Shown here one piece after another: positions 1-9,952 of a stretch of DNA of 64,000 nucleotides (positions within the stretch are counted from its first letter, which is position 1; the number at the start of each line of letters is the position of its first letter). Origin of the DNA: an uncultured OCS116 cluster bacterium (GTDB lineage: Bacteria > Pseudomonadota > Alphaproteobacteria > Rhizobiales > TMED25); the NCBI GenBank assembly GCA_902633855.1, contig CACPHU010000007.1, positions 5,827 to 69,826 on the forward strand, read 5' to 3'. A program made the translations under genes and the position numbers. The notes under the pieces are model-generated. The model was given only the letters and a program-made list of their open reading frames with translations, had not been told where the DNA came from and searched no databases.

Positions 1-849
1 AGTATATTTAATCTTAAGCAAAAAAATAAACCAAATTTCATTAAATGGAAAAAAATCTCATCAAATGCTAGCTCTTTAGAGGAGAGTGTAAAGGTATCAA
101 TTGTTGGAAAATATATTCAATTGCAAGATGCCTACAAATCTCTGGATGAGGCGATATACCATGCTGGATTAATAAATAAGATTAAAGTTAATGTTGAATG
201 GATTGACTCTGAGTTACTGGAGAGCTCACCACCAATTGATTATCTAGATAGTACAGATGCAATTTTGGTTCCAGGTGGGTTTGGTCAACGTGGTAGTGAG
301 GGTAAAATTAATGCAATTAGATTTGCACGTGAGAAAAAGGTTCCATACTTAGGCATTTGTTTCGGAATGCAAATGGCCATTGTAGAGATGTCAAGATCAC
401 TACTAAAACTCCCTGGAGCAAACACGACAGAGTTCGGAGATACAGATCATCCTGTTGTTGATCTTATGAAGCAATGGAAAAAAGGAAAAACCACACAAAA
501 AAGAGATGAAAATACTGATCTTGGAGGGACCATGAGATTAGGGGCGTATGACGCAGTACTAAAAAAAGGCTCAAAAGTCAATGAGATATATAAAGCAAAT
601 AAAATAAATGAAAGACATAGGCATCGTTGGGAAGTCAACATTGATTATAAAAAGCATCTTGAAAATCAGGGTGTTGTATTCTCTGGTCTATCACCAGATG
701 GCAAATTACCAGAAATTATAGAACTACCTGATCATCCATGGTTTGTCGCTGTACAATTTCATCCTGAATTAAAATCTAGACCTTTTAATCCGCATCCTTT
801 ATTTGTATCTTATATTCTTGCGGCTAGAGAAAAAAGTAGGCTGGTCTGA
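1..849 (+). CDS. pyrG: CTP synthase, C-terminal glutamine amidotransferase half (5' end outside window)
   Basis: Frame 1 is open from base 1 (..VKVSIVGKYIQLQDAYKS..). It contains GICFGMQ (GATase nucleophile Cys) and HRHRWEVN / FHPE motifs typical of PyrG. Confidence 0.92.
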   Translation, partial: SIFNLKQKNKPNFIKWKKISSNASSLEESVKVSIVGKYIQLQDAYKSLDEAIYHAGLINKIKVNVEWIDSELLESSPPIDYLDSTDAILVPGGFGQRGSEGKINAIRFAREKKVPYLGICFGMQMAIVEMSRSLLKLPGANTTEFGDTDHPVVDLMKQWKKGKTTQKRDENTDLGGTMRLGAYDAVLKKGSKVNEIYKANKINERHRHRWEVNIDYKKHLENQGVVFSGLSPDGKLPEIIELPDHPWFVAVQFHPELKSRPFNPHPLFVSYILAAREKSRLV

Positions 850-861
850 GGATTCTATTTC

Positions 862-2163
862 ATGCATGATATTCAAAAAATTAGAGAAAATCCCGAAAAG
901 TTTGCTGAGCTGCAGAAACGAAGGGGCGTAAAAGTTGATGTCGAAGAGATAATAATATTGGACTCATCAAAACGTACACAAATGACAAAGCTACAAAATC
1001 TTCAGAATGAAAGAAATGAGTTATCGAAGCAAATTGGGTTACGAAAAGGAAAAGATAACAGCGGTAAAGCGAATGAATTAATAGACAAAGTCCATGCTTT
1101 AAAAGATCAAATCCCACAACTTGAAAATCAGATTACTTTAACCAGTCAGCGTCTTGAAGCCATTCTATTAGGACTTCCAAATCTTCCATTTGACGATGTT
1201 CCCATCGGCAGTGATGAGAGTTTTAATATTGAAATTGAAGCAAAAAGATTTGGTAAAGTTAATGACACAAAAACTGCAGAGCACTTCGAAATAGATACGG
1301 TTGAGGGTATGATGGATTTTGAAACTGCCTCCAGAGTGTCAGGCTCAAGATTTGTTTATTTGAGAGGTCAGCTCGCTTTGCTTGAGAGAGCGCTTGGACA
1401 GTTTATGCTTGATACTCATACAACTAAGAATGGTTACACTGAAATCGCGCCACCGCTCATTGTTAATAATAGCTCGATGCTCGGTACCGCTCAACTGCCG
1501 AAGTTTGAGGAGGATCAATTTCAGGTTGTAGTCCACGATAATGATTTAGCAGATCAAAATAACAGAAAATGGTTAATCCCAACAGCAGAAGTTTCATTAA
1601 CAAATATTGTGAGGGAGAAGATAACAGACAAAGCCGATTTACCTCTAAGATTTGTTGCCTTAACATCTTGCTTTAGGGCGGAGGCTGGCGCTGCGGGAAG
1701 GGATACACGGGGGATGATTCGTCAACATCAATTTCAGAAAGTAGAGTTGGTTTCAATTACAGAACCGGAGCTATCAGAAGAAGAGCATAACCGGATGCTT
1801 GAATGCGCTGAAACTATACTTAAGTTGCTCGAACTTCCTTACAGAGTTATGCTGCTCTCATCAGGTGATATGGGTTTTTCTGCGCAAAAGACATATGATC
1901 TCGAAGTTTGGATGCCTGGGCAACAGACTTATCGTGAGATATCCAGTATTTCAAATTGTGGTGACTTTCAGGCAAGAAGAATGAAGGCCAGATATAGAGA
2001 TGGTAACAAAAATACAAAATATCTACATACATTAAATGGTTCAGGAGTAGCTGTTGGTAGGGCTCTTATCGCAATTCTTGAAAATTACCAAACACCTGAT
2101 GGCATTCAAGTCCCTGATGTATTAAAAAAATATATGAATAATTTAAGTACCATAAAAATTTGA
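862..2163 (+). CDS. serS: seryl-tRNA synthetase
   Basis: 433 aa. N-terminal coiled-coil arm and class II aaRS motifs (FRAEAGAAGRDTRGMIRQHQFQKVE, GSGVAVGRALIAILEN). Confidence 0.95.
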   Translation: MHDIQKIRENPEKFAELQKRRGVKVDVEEIIILDSSKRTQMTKLQNLQNERNELSKQIGLRKGKDNSGKANELIDKVHALKDQIPQLENQITLTSQRLEAILLGLPNLPFDDVPIGSDESFNIEIEAKRFGKVNDTKTAEHFEIDTVEGMMDFETASRVSGSRFVYLRGQLALLERALGQFMLDTHTTKNGYTEIAPPLIVNNSSMLGTAQLPKFEEDQFQVVVHDNDLADQNNRKWLIPTAEVSLTNIVREKITDKADLPLRFVALTSCFRAEAGAAGRDTRGMIRQHQFQKVELVSITEPELSEEEHNRMLECAETILKLLELPYRVMLLSSGDMGFSAQKTYDLEVWMPGQQTYREISSISNCGDFQARRMKARYRDGNKNTKYLHTLNGSGVAVGRALIAILENYQTPDGIQVPDVLKKYMNNLSTIKI

Positions 2164-2186
2164 AATTAATTTAATAAAACAACTCA

Positions 2187-2945
2187 TTGATGAAGCAAAA
2201 AAAAATATTGATAACGAACGATGACGGCATTAATGCTCCGGGAATTGAGCTCTTAATTAATGCCGCAAAAAGAATATCAAGTGATATAACAATTATTGCC
2301 CCAGAAAGAGAGCAGAGCGGAAAATCTCAAGCGATGTCATTATCAGATATTATTAGATTGAGGGAGATTGATGTAAATGTATTTTCTATATCTGGAACGC
2401 CTACAGATTGCGTCATGCTTGCAATCAAGCAATTAATGAAAGATAACAAGCCAGATCTAATTCTATCAGGTGTTAATAGAGGCCAGAATCTTGCTGATGA
2501 CGTAAATTATTCTGGAACAATTGGCGCCGCTATGGAGGGCGCAATACACAACATTAAGTCTATCGCATTGAGCCAAGTTTTTAATATACACAATAAAGGG
2601 CTAGATGCATTTCAGGCAACAAAAAAAAATCTGGATCGGACATTAGATTTTGTTTTAGATTTAGACTATCCAGATAATATTGTTTTAAATATCAATTTTC
2701 CAGATATAGCTGAAGATAATCTGAGCCATCGTTTTACTACACAAGGGAAAAGAGATATACCCGCTCATACAATGGAAGAAAGGATCGATCCTAGAGGGCA
2801 GAAATACTATTGGATAGGCTTCAAGAGGGCAGAGGGTGGTATGCACGATGGAACAGATCTGGATTGTATTCAGAAAGGTTTTATTTCAATTACGCCAATT
2901 GGCCCAGATCGAACAGCATATTCATTTCTTGAGACCAAAATTTAG
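2187..2945 (+). CDS. surE: 5'/3'-nucleotidase SurE
   Basis: ILITNDDGINAPGI N-terminal signature and NYSGTIGAAMEG. An ATG at 2190 follows the TTG at 2187. Confidence 0.9.
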   Translation: MMKQKKILITNDDGINAPGIELLINAAKRISSDITIIAPEREQSGKSQAMSLSDIIRLREIDVNVFSISGTPTDCVMLAIKQLMKDNKPDLILSGVNRGQNLADDVNYSGTIGAAMEGAIHNIKSIALSQVFNIHNKGLDAFQATKKNLDRTLDFVLDLDYPDNIVLNINFPDIAEDNLSHRFTTQGKRDIPAHTMEERIDPRGQKYYWIGFKRAEGGMHDGTDLDCIQKGFISITPIGPDRTAYSFLETKI

Positions 2946-3031
2946 CCATAGAATTCTTCTTTTGAAATATAATATTAACTAATTATGAATACACTAAACA
3001 TTATTTTTAATTAGCTTAGTTTAAATTATAA

Positions 3032-4036
3032 ATGCCTTCGAAATACCGATCTAAATATATTATATTAACTGTATTTACAGTTTTACTTACATCATGCAGT
3101 ACAAGTATCGAGAGATTTAAAACTGTAAATAATGATGAAAGAAAAAATCAAGTTAACCAATACTCTGAGGATCAAAAAGCAACATTTAAAGGCGCTTATT
3201 CAAATTACTGGATTGTGTCGAGTGGGGAGACTCTCGAGTTTATTGCGAGATCAACTGAGGTACCTCTTGAAGATATTGCTTATTATAACTCTTTATCATA
3301 TCCATATAAGCTCAACGATGGGATGCGCTTGTACATAGCAAAAAGAAAGTTGGATACAGACACAGACTCGCCCGCAAGCAGTCAATTTAGTAGTAAAAAT
3401 GAGGGTGTATCTGGCGTTGACGATGTCTATTATGTCAAGTCAGGAGATACAATTTCATCGATTGCCATGAAATTTGGAATTAACGCAAAACATCTAATCG
3501 AATTAAATAAAATAGTGAATCCAAGTTTAATATATGTCGGGCAAGAGCTAAAAATCGCAGAGAATAAATTATCACAATCAGATAAAATAATCAATACGGT
3601 TTCAGTTGAAGAAAGCGACAGGGATGGAAATGTTCTCGATGATGTAGACAAGTCAAAGGCGAGTATGCCTCAATTTAGATGGCCTGTTTTAGGGAGAGTC
3701 ATCAATAATTATGGAGCTGAATTTTATGGTAGAGTTAATAATGGAGTTTATATTTCAGCACCATTAGGCTCAGAGATTAGGGCCTCTGAGCGTGGTGTTG
3801 TGACCTTTGTTGGCACAGAAGATTATTTTGGAGATCTAATTATAATTAAACATCTAAACAACTGGGTTTCTTCATATGCGCACCTCGACAAATCAAATGT
3901 ATTAATTGGCGATAAGATAGAAAAAGGTGATATTATTGGAACAGTTGGTGCATCAGGGATAATAGAGAGCCCCCAATTATACTTTGAGCTGAGGCGAGGT
4001 ACAATTGTGCAGAATCCAACTGATTTTCTAAATTAG
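3032..4036 (+). CDS. LysM-domain lipoprotein with degenerate M23/LytM domain (NlpD-like)
   Basis: Lipobox LLTSC and two LysM-like repeats (YWIVSSGETLEFIA.., YYVKSGDTISSIAMKFGI..). In the C-terminal M23 fold the catalytic HxH is replaced (PQLYFEL). It sits after surE as in other proteobacteria. Confidence 0.8.
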   Translation: MPSKYRSKYIILTVFTVLLTSCSTSIERFKTVNNDERKNQVNQYSEDQKATFKGAYSNYWIVSSGETLEFIARSTEVPLEDIAYYNSLSYPYKLNDGMRLYIAKRKLDTDTDSPASSQFSSKNEGVSGVDDVYYVKSGDTISSIAMKFGINAKHLIELNKIVNPSLIYVGQELKIAENKLSQSDKIINTVSVEESDRDGNVLDDVDKSKASMPQFRWPVLGRVINNYGAEFYGRVNNGVYISAPLGSEIRASERGVVTFVGTEDYFGDLIIIKHLNNWVSSYAHLDKSNVLIGDKIEKGDIIGTVGASGIIESPQLYFELRRGTIVQNPTDFLN

Positions 4037-4896
4037 ACTAATTTTATATTATTTTTTGCCGCTACAGAGGTGATGAACTGCCAAGCAACCCTACCAGATC
4101 TTGATCCTCTTCCGGCAGCCCATTCAATTGCCTCTGCATGCAAGGTTTCCGTATTTGGAATATCATAGTGTCGTGTGTATGCATCAATCATTGAGAGATA
4201 TTGATCTTGTGAACAATTATGAAATCCGATCCATAAACCAAATCGATCAGAGAGAGAAACTTTCTCTTCAATTGCTTCAGATGGATTTATCGCTGTAGAT
4301 GTCTCATTTTCTATCATCTCACGCGCCATAAGATGACGTCTATTTGATGTGGCATAAAATATTACATTTGATGGCCTGCCTTCTATGCCTCCCTCTAGGG
4401 CTGTTTTAAGTGATTTATAGGTTGTGTCATCGTTATCAAATGATAAATCATCACAGAATATAATATAATTAACCTCACAATATTGTTTGATTATACCCAA
4501 AATATCTGGCAAATCTCTTATATCCTCTCTGTGAATCTCTATTAAAATAAGTTTATTTTTTGATGTTTTGCACAACTTACCATGTATTCCTTTAATAAGT
4601 GAACTTTTTCCCATACCTCGCGCGCCCCATAAAAGCGCATTATTAGCAGGCAATGACTTTGAAAATTTTATTGTGTTTTCTAGCAGAATATCAATATTCT
4701 GATCAATTCCCTTAAGTAGCTCAAGCGGAATAGAGTTAACATTCTTGACTGGCTTAAAGCATCCTTCATCGGATTGCCACATGAATGCATCTGCTTCTTT
4801 CCAATTAATTTTAGTTTCAGTTCTAGTATATTTGTCTTCTAGAATCTTTCTAATTTTTGATATTTCTTCTATTAATTTATTATTATTTTCTATCAT
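4033..4896 (-). CDS. DUF815-type AAA ATPase
   Basis: Walker A LWGARGMGKSSLIK and Walker B-like IIFCDDLSF. The position next to yajC-secDF is typical of alphaproteobacteria. Its stop overlaps the NlpD-like stop by 4 nt. Confidence 0.7.
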   Translation of the reverse strand: MIENNNKLIEEISKIRKILEDKYTRTETKINWKEADAFMWQSDEGCFKPVKNVNSIPLELLKGIDQNIDILLENTIKFSKSLPANNALLWGARGMGKSSLIKGIHGKLCKTSKNKLILIEIHREDIRDLPDILGIIKQYCEVNYIIFCDDLSFDNDDTTYKSLKTALEGGIEGRPSNVIFYATSNRRHLMAREMIENETSTAINPSEAIEEKVSLSDRFGLWIGFHNCSQDQYLSMIDAYTRHYDIPNTETLHAEAIEWAAGRGSRSGRVAWQFITSVAAKNNIKLV

Positions 4897-5023
4897 TTGT
4901 TCAGATATAAAAAATTATTATTTAAAAATTTTTCATTAACCTATATATATTATAAAGAAATTTATTGGAAATATATTTTTCTGTCTATAGTTTAGTTTTT
5001 TACATAAAGAGAGTGAATTTACC

Positions 5024-5323
5024 ATGATTACCCAAGCATACGCGGCATCGCACCCAGGTGGTGGTGACATTTTTCTTCAATTACTTCCATTTTTACTCAT
5101 TTTCTTAATCATTTACTTCTTGATTTTAAGACCACAGCAAAAGCGTGTCAAAGCTCATAAGGAGATGATTGACTCACTTAAAAAAGGTGATACCGTTATC
5201 ACTCAAGGCGGTCTAATTGGAAAAATATCAAAAATTATAAGCGATCAAGAGGTTGAAATTGAAATAGCTAAAGATGTTAAAGTGAAGGCTGTAAGAGGGA
5301 TGATTTCAGATATTAAGAAATGA
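5024..5323 (+). CDS. yajC: preprotein translocase subunit YajC
   Basis: 99 aa with a single TM (LLPFLLIFLIIYFLILRPQQKR) followed by a GD.V.T.GG..G motif. Directly upstream of secD. Confidence 0.9.
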   Translation: MITQAYAASHPGGGDIFLQLLPFLLIFLIIYFLILRPQQKRVKAHKEMIDSLKKGDTVITQGGLIGKISKIISDQEVEIEIAKDVKVKAVRGMISDIKK

Positions 5324-5342
5324 CTCTCTAACAGGGATAAAA

Positions 5343-6932
5343 ATGCTATATTTTTCAAAATTCAAATCACTAAGCATACTCTTAATTTGCTTACTAGGTA
5401 TTATTTTTGCCTTTCCTAATTTACTCAGCCAAAACACTTTAACCGCTCTACCCAAAATTATTCCCCACAAACAAATCAATCTCGGCCTTGACCTTAGAGG
5501 AGGTTCGCATCTCCTTGTGGAGGTCCAATCATCTGTCCGTGCTTCTGAGAGAATGGATGATCTTTACGATGAGATTAGAATTGAATTAAGACGCAATAAA
5601 ATTTTGTTATCAGATATTTCACAGAGCAATAACCAATTAAAAATAACGCTAAGCGACGATGGTTTTAAGGGAGATCTTTTAGATATCATTGAATCCTTAT
5701 CGCAAAATGTGAGAGGTCAATTGGGAACGGGTCAGTTAGCAGATGAACTTGATATTATGGAGCAAATTGACGGCTCTATTCTTGTGAGTATGACTGAAGA
5801 AGCTAAAAGCGATCTTTTGAGACGTTCAGTCGATCAATCAATCGAAATAATAAGAAGAAGAATAGATGAGCTTGGGACTAAAGAGCCTACAATCCAGCGA
5901 CAGGGAGACTCGAGAATCCTTATTCAGGTTCCAGGGTTAGATGATCCAAAAAGATTAAAAGAACTTCTTGGAACTACTGCAAAGATGACATTTCACTTGA
6001 TTGATCCTTTTTATGATGGTGGTAATGTATCTCGTTCATCAATGCAATTGAAGCACGCAAATAATGATAATACATATGTAGTTGAGAGAAGGTCCATAAT
6101 TGGAGGAGAAAATTTAGTTGATGCCCAACCAGGGTTTGACTCACAAACCAACCAGCCAATAGTGAATTTCCGCTTTGACGGACAGGGCTCAAGGAAATTC
6201 GGCAAAATAACCACAGATAATGTTGGAAAGCTATTCGCAATTGTCTTAGATAATGAGGTGATATCTGCCCCAATCATCAATGAACCAATATTAGGTGGTT
6301 CAGGCATGATATCCGGAAGTTTCACAGTTCAAGAGGCAAATGATTTGGCAATTCTGCTAAGGGCCGGGGCATTACCCGCGCCTCTCGTTATACTTGAGGA
6401 AAGAACAGTTGGCCCAGGTTTAGGAGCTGACTCAATAAAATCAGGGCAAATTGCGTCAATATTGGGCCTGTTACTTGTTTTAATTTATATGTTTCTATCT
6501 TATGGCAGATTTGGGATTTACTCAAACATATCGCTATTAATAAACCTATCCTTGATTGTAGCTGTATTATCAATTCTACAAGCCACATTAACCTTACCGG
6601 GAATAGCTGGTATAATCCTCACGATAGGGATGGCTGTTGATGCAAATGTTTTAATATTTGAAAGAATAAGAGAAGAAATTTCAAACAAGAAGTCCGTAAT
6701 TAATGCAATAGACAATGGATACAAGAGAGCTCGTACAACGATACTTGACGCCAACATCACTACCTTTATTGCAGCTATTATACTTTTTCAATTGGGGTCA
6801 GGTCCAATAAAAGGGTTTTCGATTACGCTTGCAATAGGCATTATAACATCAGTATTTACTGCGTTCACACTTACAAGGTTCCTCGTGGCAATGTGGATAA
6901 AAAGATCAAATCCAAAAGAAATTAATATTTGA
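5343..6932 (+). CDS. secD: protein translocase subunit SecD
   Basis: 529 aa with a large periplasmic domain plus a C-terminal 6-TM region (GIAGIILTIGMAVDANVLIFERIREE). Confidence 0.93.
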   Translation: MLYFSKFKSLSILLICLLGIIFAFPNLLSQNTLTALPKIIPHKQINLGLDLRGGSHLLVEVQSSVRASERMDDLYDEIRIELRRNKILLSDISQSNNQLKITLSDDGFKGDLLDIIESLSQNVRGQLGTGQLADELDIMEQIDGSILVSMTEEAKSDLLRRSVDQSIEIIRRRIDELGTKEPTIQRQGDSRILIQVPGLDDPKRLKELLGTTAKMTFHLIDPFYDGGNVSRSSMQLKHANNDNTYVVERRSIIGGENLVDAQPGFDSQTNQPIVNFRFDGQGSRKFGKITTDNVGKLFAIVLDNEVISAPIINEPILGGSGMISGSFTVQEANDLAILLRAGALPAPLVILEERTVGPGLGADSIKSGQIASILGLLLVLIYMFLSYGRFGIYSNISLLINLSLIVAVLSILQATLTLPGIAGIILTIGMAVDANVLIFERIREEISNKKSVINAIDNGYKRARTTILDANITTFIAAIILFQLGSGPIKGFSITLAIGIITSVFTAFTLTRFLVAMWIKRSNPKEINI

Positions 6933-6946
6933 GCGGGTAATTACTT

Positions 6947-7864
6947 ATGAAGCCAATTAAGATAGTAAAACTAGATACAAGCATAAACTTTCTATCAAAG
7001 ACAAAACTTTTTGTATCTCTCTCATTGATCTTTGTAATTGCATCTATATTTCTTTTATTCTCAAGAGGTTTAAATTTTGGTATTGATTTCAATGGGGGCA
7101 CTTTAATTGAGGTACAGAAGATTTCAGGAAATGCTGACGTTTCTGAAATGCGGGCGCGTTTAGGGCAGCTGGATCTCGGAAATATACAATTGCAGGAGTT
7201 TGGAAAGAAAACTGATCTACTTATAAGAGTAGAGCAGTTGAGCGATGAAGAAGGGGCTCAGCAGGCAATCATTGCTAAAATTTCTGAAGTTGTGGGGATG
7301 GATTATGAGGTAAGGAGAATTGAGGTTGTTGGCCCAAAAGTATCTGCCGAACTCATTAAAAAGGGTATCATTGCAGTTATATCCGCTGTTATTTCTGTTT
7401 TAATTTACATTTGGTTTAGATTTGAATGGCAATTTGGTATAGGGGCAATATTTGCTCTTGTCCATGATATTATTATCACAATCGGTGTATTTTCTATGTT
7501 TCAGTTAGAGTTTAATTTATCAATTATAGCTGCCCTGCTTACGATTGTTGGGTACTCGCTCAACGATACGGTTGTAATATATGATAGAATACGGGAAGAG
7601 CTTCGCAAGTATAAAAAAATGCCGATAATAGAGCTAATCAACCAAGCTTTAAATCTAACACTATCTAGAACTCTTATGACTTCTATAACAACTCTACTCG
7701 CCCTATTTTCACTGTATTTGTTTGGTGGAGAGGTTATTAAGGGCTTTACTTTTGCAATGATCTGGGGAGTTCTGATTGGTACTTATTCCTCAATCTTTGT
7801 TGCTTCACCGATCCTAATTGGATTGAATATTAAACGCGATTGGTCAAAAAAGAATGCGGAATAG
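6947..7864 (+). CDS. secF: protein translocase subunit SecF
   Basis: 305 aa with GIDFNGGT and GYSLNDTVVIYDRIRE motifs. Follows secD. Confidence 0.93.
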   Translation: MKPIKIVKLDTSINFLSKTKLFVSLSLIFVIASIFLLFSRGLNFGIDFNGGTLIEVQKISGNADVSEMRARLGQLDLGNIQLQEFGKKTDLLIRVEQLSDEEGAQQAIIAKISEVVGMDYEVRRIEVVGPKVSAELIKKGIIAVISAVISVLIYIWFRFEWQFGIGAIFALVHDIIITIGVFSMFQLEFNLSIIAALLTIVGYSLNDTVVIYDRIREELRKYKKMPIIELINQALNLTLSRTLMTSITTLLALFSLYLFGGEVIKGFTFAMIWGVLIGTYSSIFVASPILIGLNIKRDWSKKNAE

Positions 7865-7865
7865 T

Positions 7866-9227
7866 CTACGTAAAAGAAGACTTGAGCCATTTATCTAAAT
7901 CACTTTCTGCGCGTTGAGCAATCCTATTTTTTTTCTCCATATCTCTAATTCTTTTTGGCTTCTTCCTAATATCCCTTATATCCATATTCTCAAAAAGTCC
8001 AAAGTTTATATTCATTGGCTGAAAATCTTTCACATGATCCTTGCGTGTAATATAACTTATCAGGCTTCCCATTGCAGTTGTTTTAGGTGGCGGTTTTTGC
8101 TCTCTCATTTTTAACTTGTTATACATCATGAGTCCCGACAATAATCCTATGGAAGAAGACTCAACGTATCCCTCAACACCTGTGATCTGTCCTGCAAACT
8201 TGATCCTCTGATCGAAAATAAGACTCAGGTCACTTGATAATAGTTTTGGGCTATTAATATATGTATTTCTGTGTACGCCGCCCAATCTTGCAAATCTAGC
8301 ATCGCATAGTCCGGGGATTTTTCTAAAAATATCTGTTTGATGACCATATTTTATTTTCGTTTGAAATCCCACCATATTATATAATTGACCAGAGATGTCA
8401 TCCTGCCTCAACTGGATGACTGCATATGGTTCATTGCCATCATTATGAGGATTATTTAAGCCAAAAGGTTTCATTGGCCCATGACGAAGAGTTTGTGGTC
8501 CACTCCTTGCGATGACCTCAATTGGAAGGCATGAATCAAAGTATGGCGTATCTTTCTCCCACTCATTAAAGCTTGCCTGATCTGCTTCAATCAACTGATC
8601 CACAAATTCAAGGTACTGCTTCTCATTCAGTGGGCAATTAATATAATCATTTAGAGATCCTGATGGCCCTATCTTGTTATATCGTGATTGAAACCAAGCT
8701 GCTGACAAATCTATGGAGTCTGTATAAATAATCGGCGCAATCGCATCAAAAAAATACAAAGAGTCATCAGAACTTTTTTTGAGAATAAACTCTGATAAAG
8801 CCTCGGATGTGAGGGGACCGGTTGCAATAATTATATTTTCCCAATCATCTGGAATATTTTTTACCTCTTTCTGGATAACATTAATATTTTGATGATTACG
8901 TATAGAGTTGGTGACTTCCGCAGAAAATAAGCTTCTATCTACAGCAAGGGCTGATCCAGCTGGTACCTTATGCTCATCAGCGGCCTTCATTATGAGTGAC
9001 CCACAAATTCTGAGCTCTTCGTGTAATATTCCAACCGCATTTGAGAGCTTATCATCAGAGCGAAAAGAGTTTGAACAGACTAATTCAGCAAGTTGCGCGG
9101 TTTGATGTGCGGGGGTACGCTTTTCAGGCCGCATTTCGTAGAGATCTATTTCTATACCCCGTTCCGCTAGTTGCCATGCAGCTTCACAACCGGCTAGCCC
9201 TCCACCTATTATTTTAACTTGTGTCAT
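7866..9227 (-). CDS. trmFO: methylenetetrahydrofolate--tRNA-(uracil-5-)-methyltransferase TrmFO
   Basis: 453 aa with an FAD fold IIGGGLAGCEAAWQLA and GQITGVEGYVES, a Gid/TrmFO-type sequence. Confidence 0.88.
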   Translation of the reverse strand: MTQVKIIGGGLAGCEAAWQLAERGIEIDLYEMRPEKRTPAHQTAQLAELVCSNSFRSDDKLSNAVGILHEELRICGSLIMKAADEHKVPAGSALAVDRSLFSAEVTNSIRNHQNINVIQKEVKNIPDDWENIIIATGPLTSEALSEFILKKSSDDSLYFFDAIAPIIYTDSIDLSAAWFQSRYNKIGPSGSLNDYINCPLNEKQYLEFVDQLIEADQASFNEWEKDTPYFDSCLPIEVIARSGPQTLRHGPMKPFGLNNPHNDGNEPYAVIQLRQDDISGQLYNMVGFQTKIKYGHQTDIFRKIPGLCDARFARLGGVHRNTYINSPKLLSSDLSLIFDQRIKFAGQITGVEGYVESSSIGLLSGLMMYNKLKMREQKPPPKTTAMGSLISYITRKDHVKDFQPMNINFGLFENMDIRDIRKKPKRIRDMEKKNRIAQRAESDLDKWLKSSFT

Positions 9228-9271
9228 CGCGAATCTTAATTAAATAATATTTAAGTCTTTTATATTACATT

Positions 9272-9952
9272 ATGAGTATGAATAAATATTTTTTATTAGC
9301 TTTTTACCTCTTGCTGCCGTTGTTAATGGTTTCTTGTACTACAAGTTATTCACCAATGAATTCTAAATACCCGGACCTCAATAGCTATATGTCTGATATG
9401 AGTATTATTGCGGATGATGACTCGGACGTTGTGGTTTGTTCAGGATATAACTGCAATTTTAAAACTCATGTAAGATTCACCGACAGTGATCGTGAAAAGA
9501 TACATAACATATTCAAAAGTAGAGATTTTCGAACACCATACGAGGAAAGACAGATGATAGCTAATGCTATTGCAACAATTGAGACAGTTGTTGGGCCTAT
9601 AGTCGGAACGGAGAATGACAAGGGAGGCGTCCTTGAAAACGAATTTATTGGTAATATTGAAAAGCAGGATTGCGTTGATGAGTCCGCATCAACAACAGGT
9701 TATTTGAAGTATTTTCAAGACAATGAGCTAATATTTATGCATTCAGTTGTTGTACCACAATCAAGGGGAGCGTTAATAGACGGACGCTGGCCACACTTTA
9801 GCGCAACAATAAGAGATAAAAAAAATAAAAAGCAGTTTGTTGTAGACTCATGGTTTAGAGACAATGGCGAGCCTCCGGTTATTATGGAGCTTCAAGACTG
9901 GGTTTATGATTGGAGAAGGGCAAGTGAAGTTCAAAATGAAGAGCTCAACTAG
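9272..9952 (+). CDS. hypothetical lipoprotein
   Basis: Signal peptide with lipobox (LLMVSC). No family recognised by eye. Contains a CSGYNC pair. The stop overlaps the uvrA stop by 8 nt. Confidence 0.55.
   Translation: MSMNKYFLLAFYLLLPLLMVSCTTSYSPMNSKYPDLNSYMSDMSIIADDDSDVVVCSGYNCNFKTHVRFTDSDREKIHNIFKSRDFRTPYEERQMIANAIATIETVVGPIVGTENDKGGVLENEFIGNIEKQDCVDESASTTGYLKYFQDNELIFMHSVVVPQSRGALIDGRWPHFSATIRDKKNKKQFVVDSWFRDNGEPPVIMELQDWVYDWRRASEVQNEELN

Noticed and set aside
447-641. Many 60-110-aa ORFs in the six-frame track lie antisense or out of frame inside long conserved genes. Examples are 447..641, 881..1117, 6011..6325, 10819..11100, 13970..14302, 27706..28011, 41886..42185, 42930..43247, 54327..54569 and 60830..61300.
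   Set aside because: They are fully nested in genes with unmistakable conserved products. They have low-complexity or hydrophobic translations and no RBS, as expected for shadow ORFs in AT-rich DNA.
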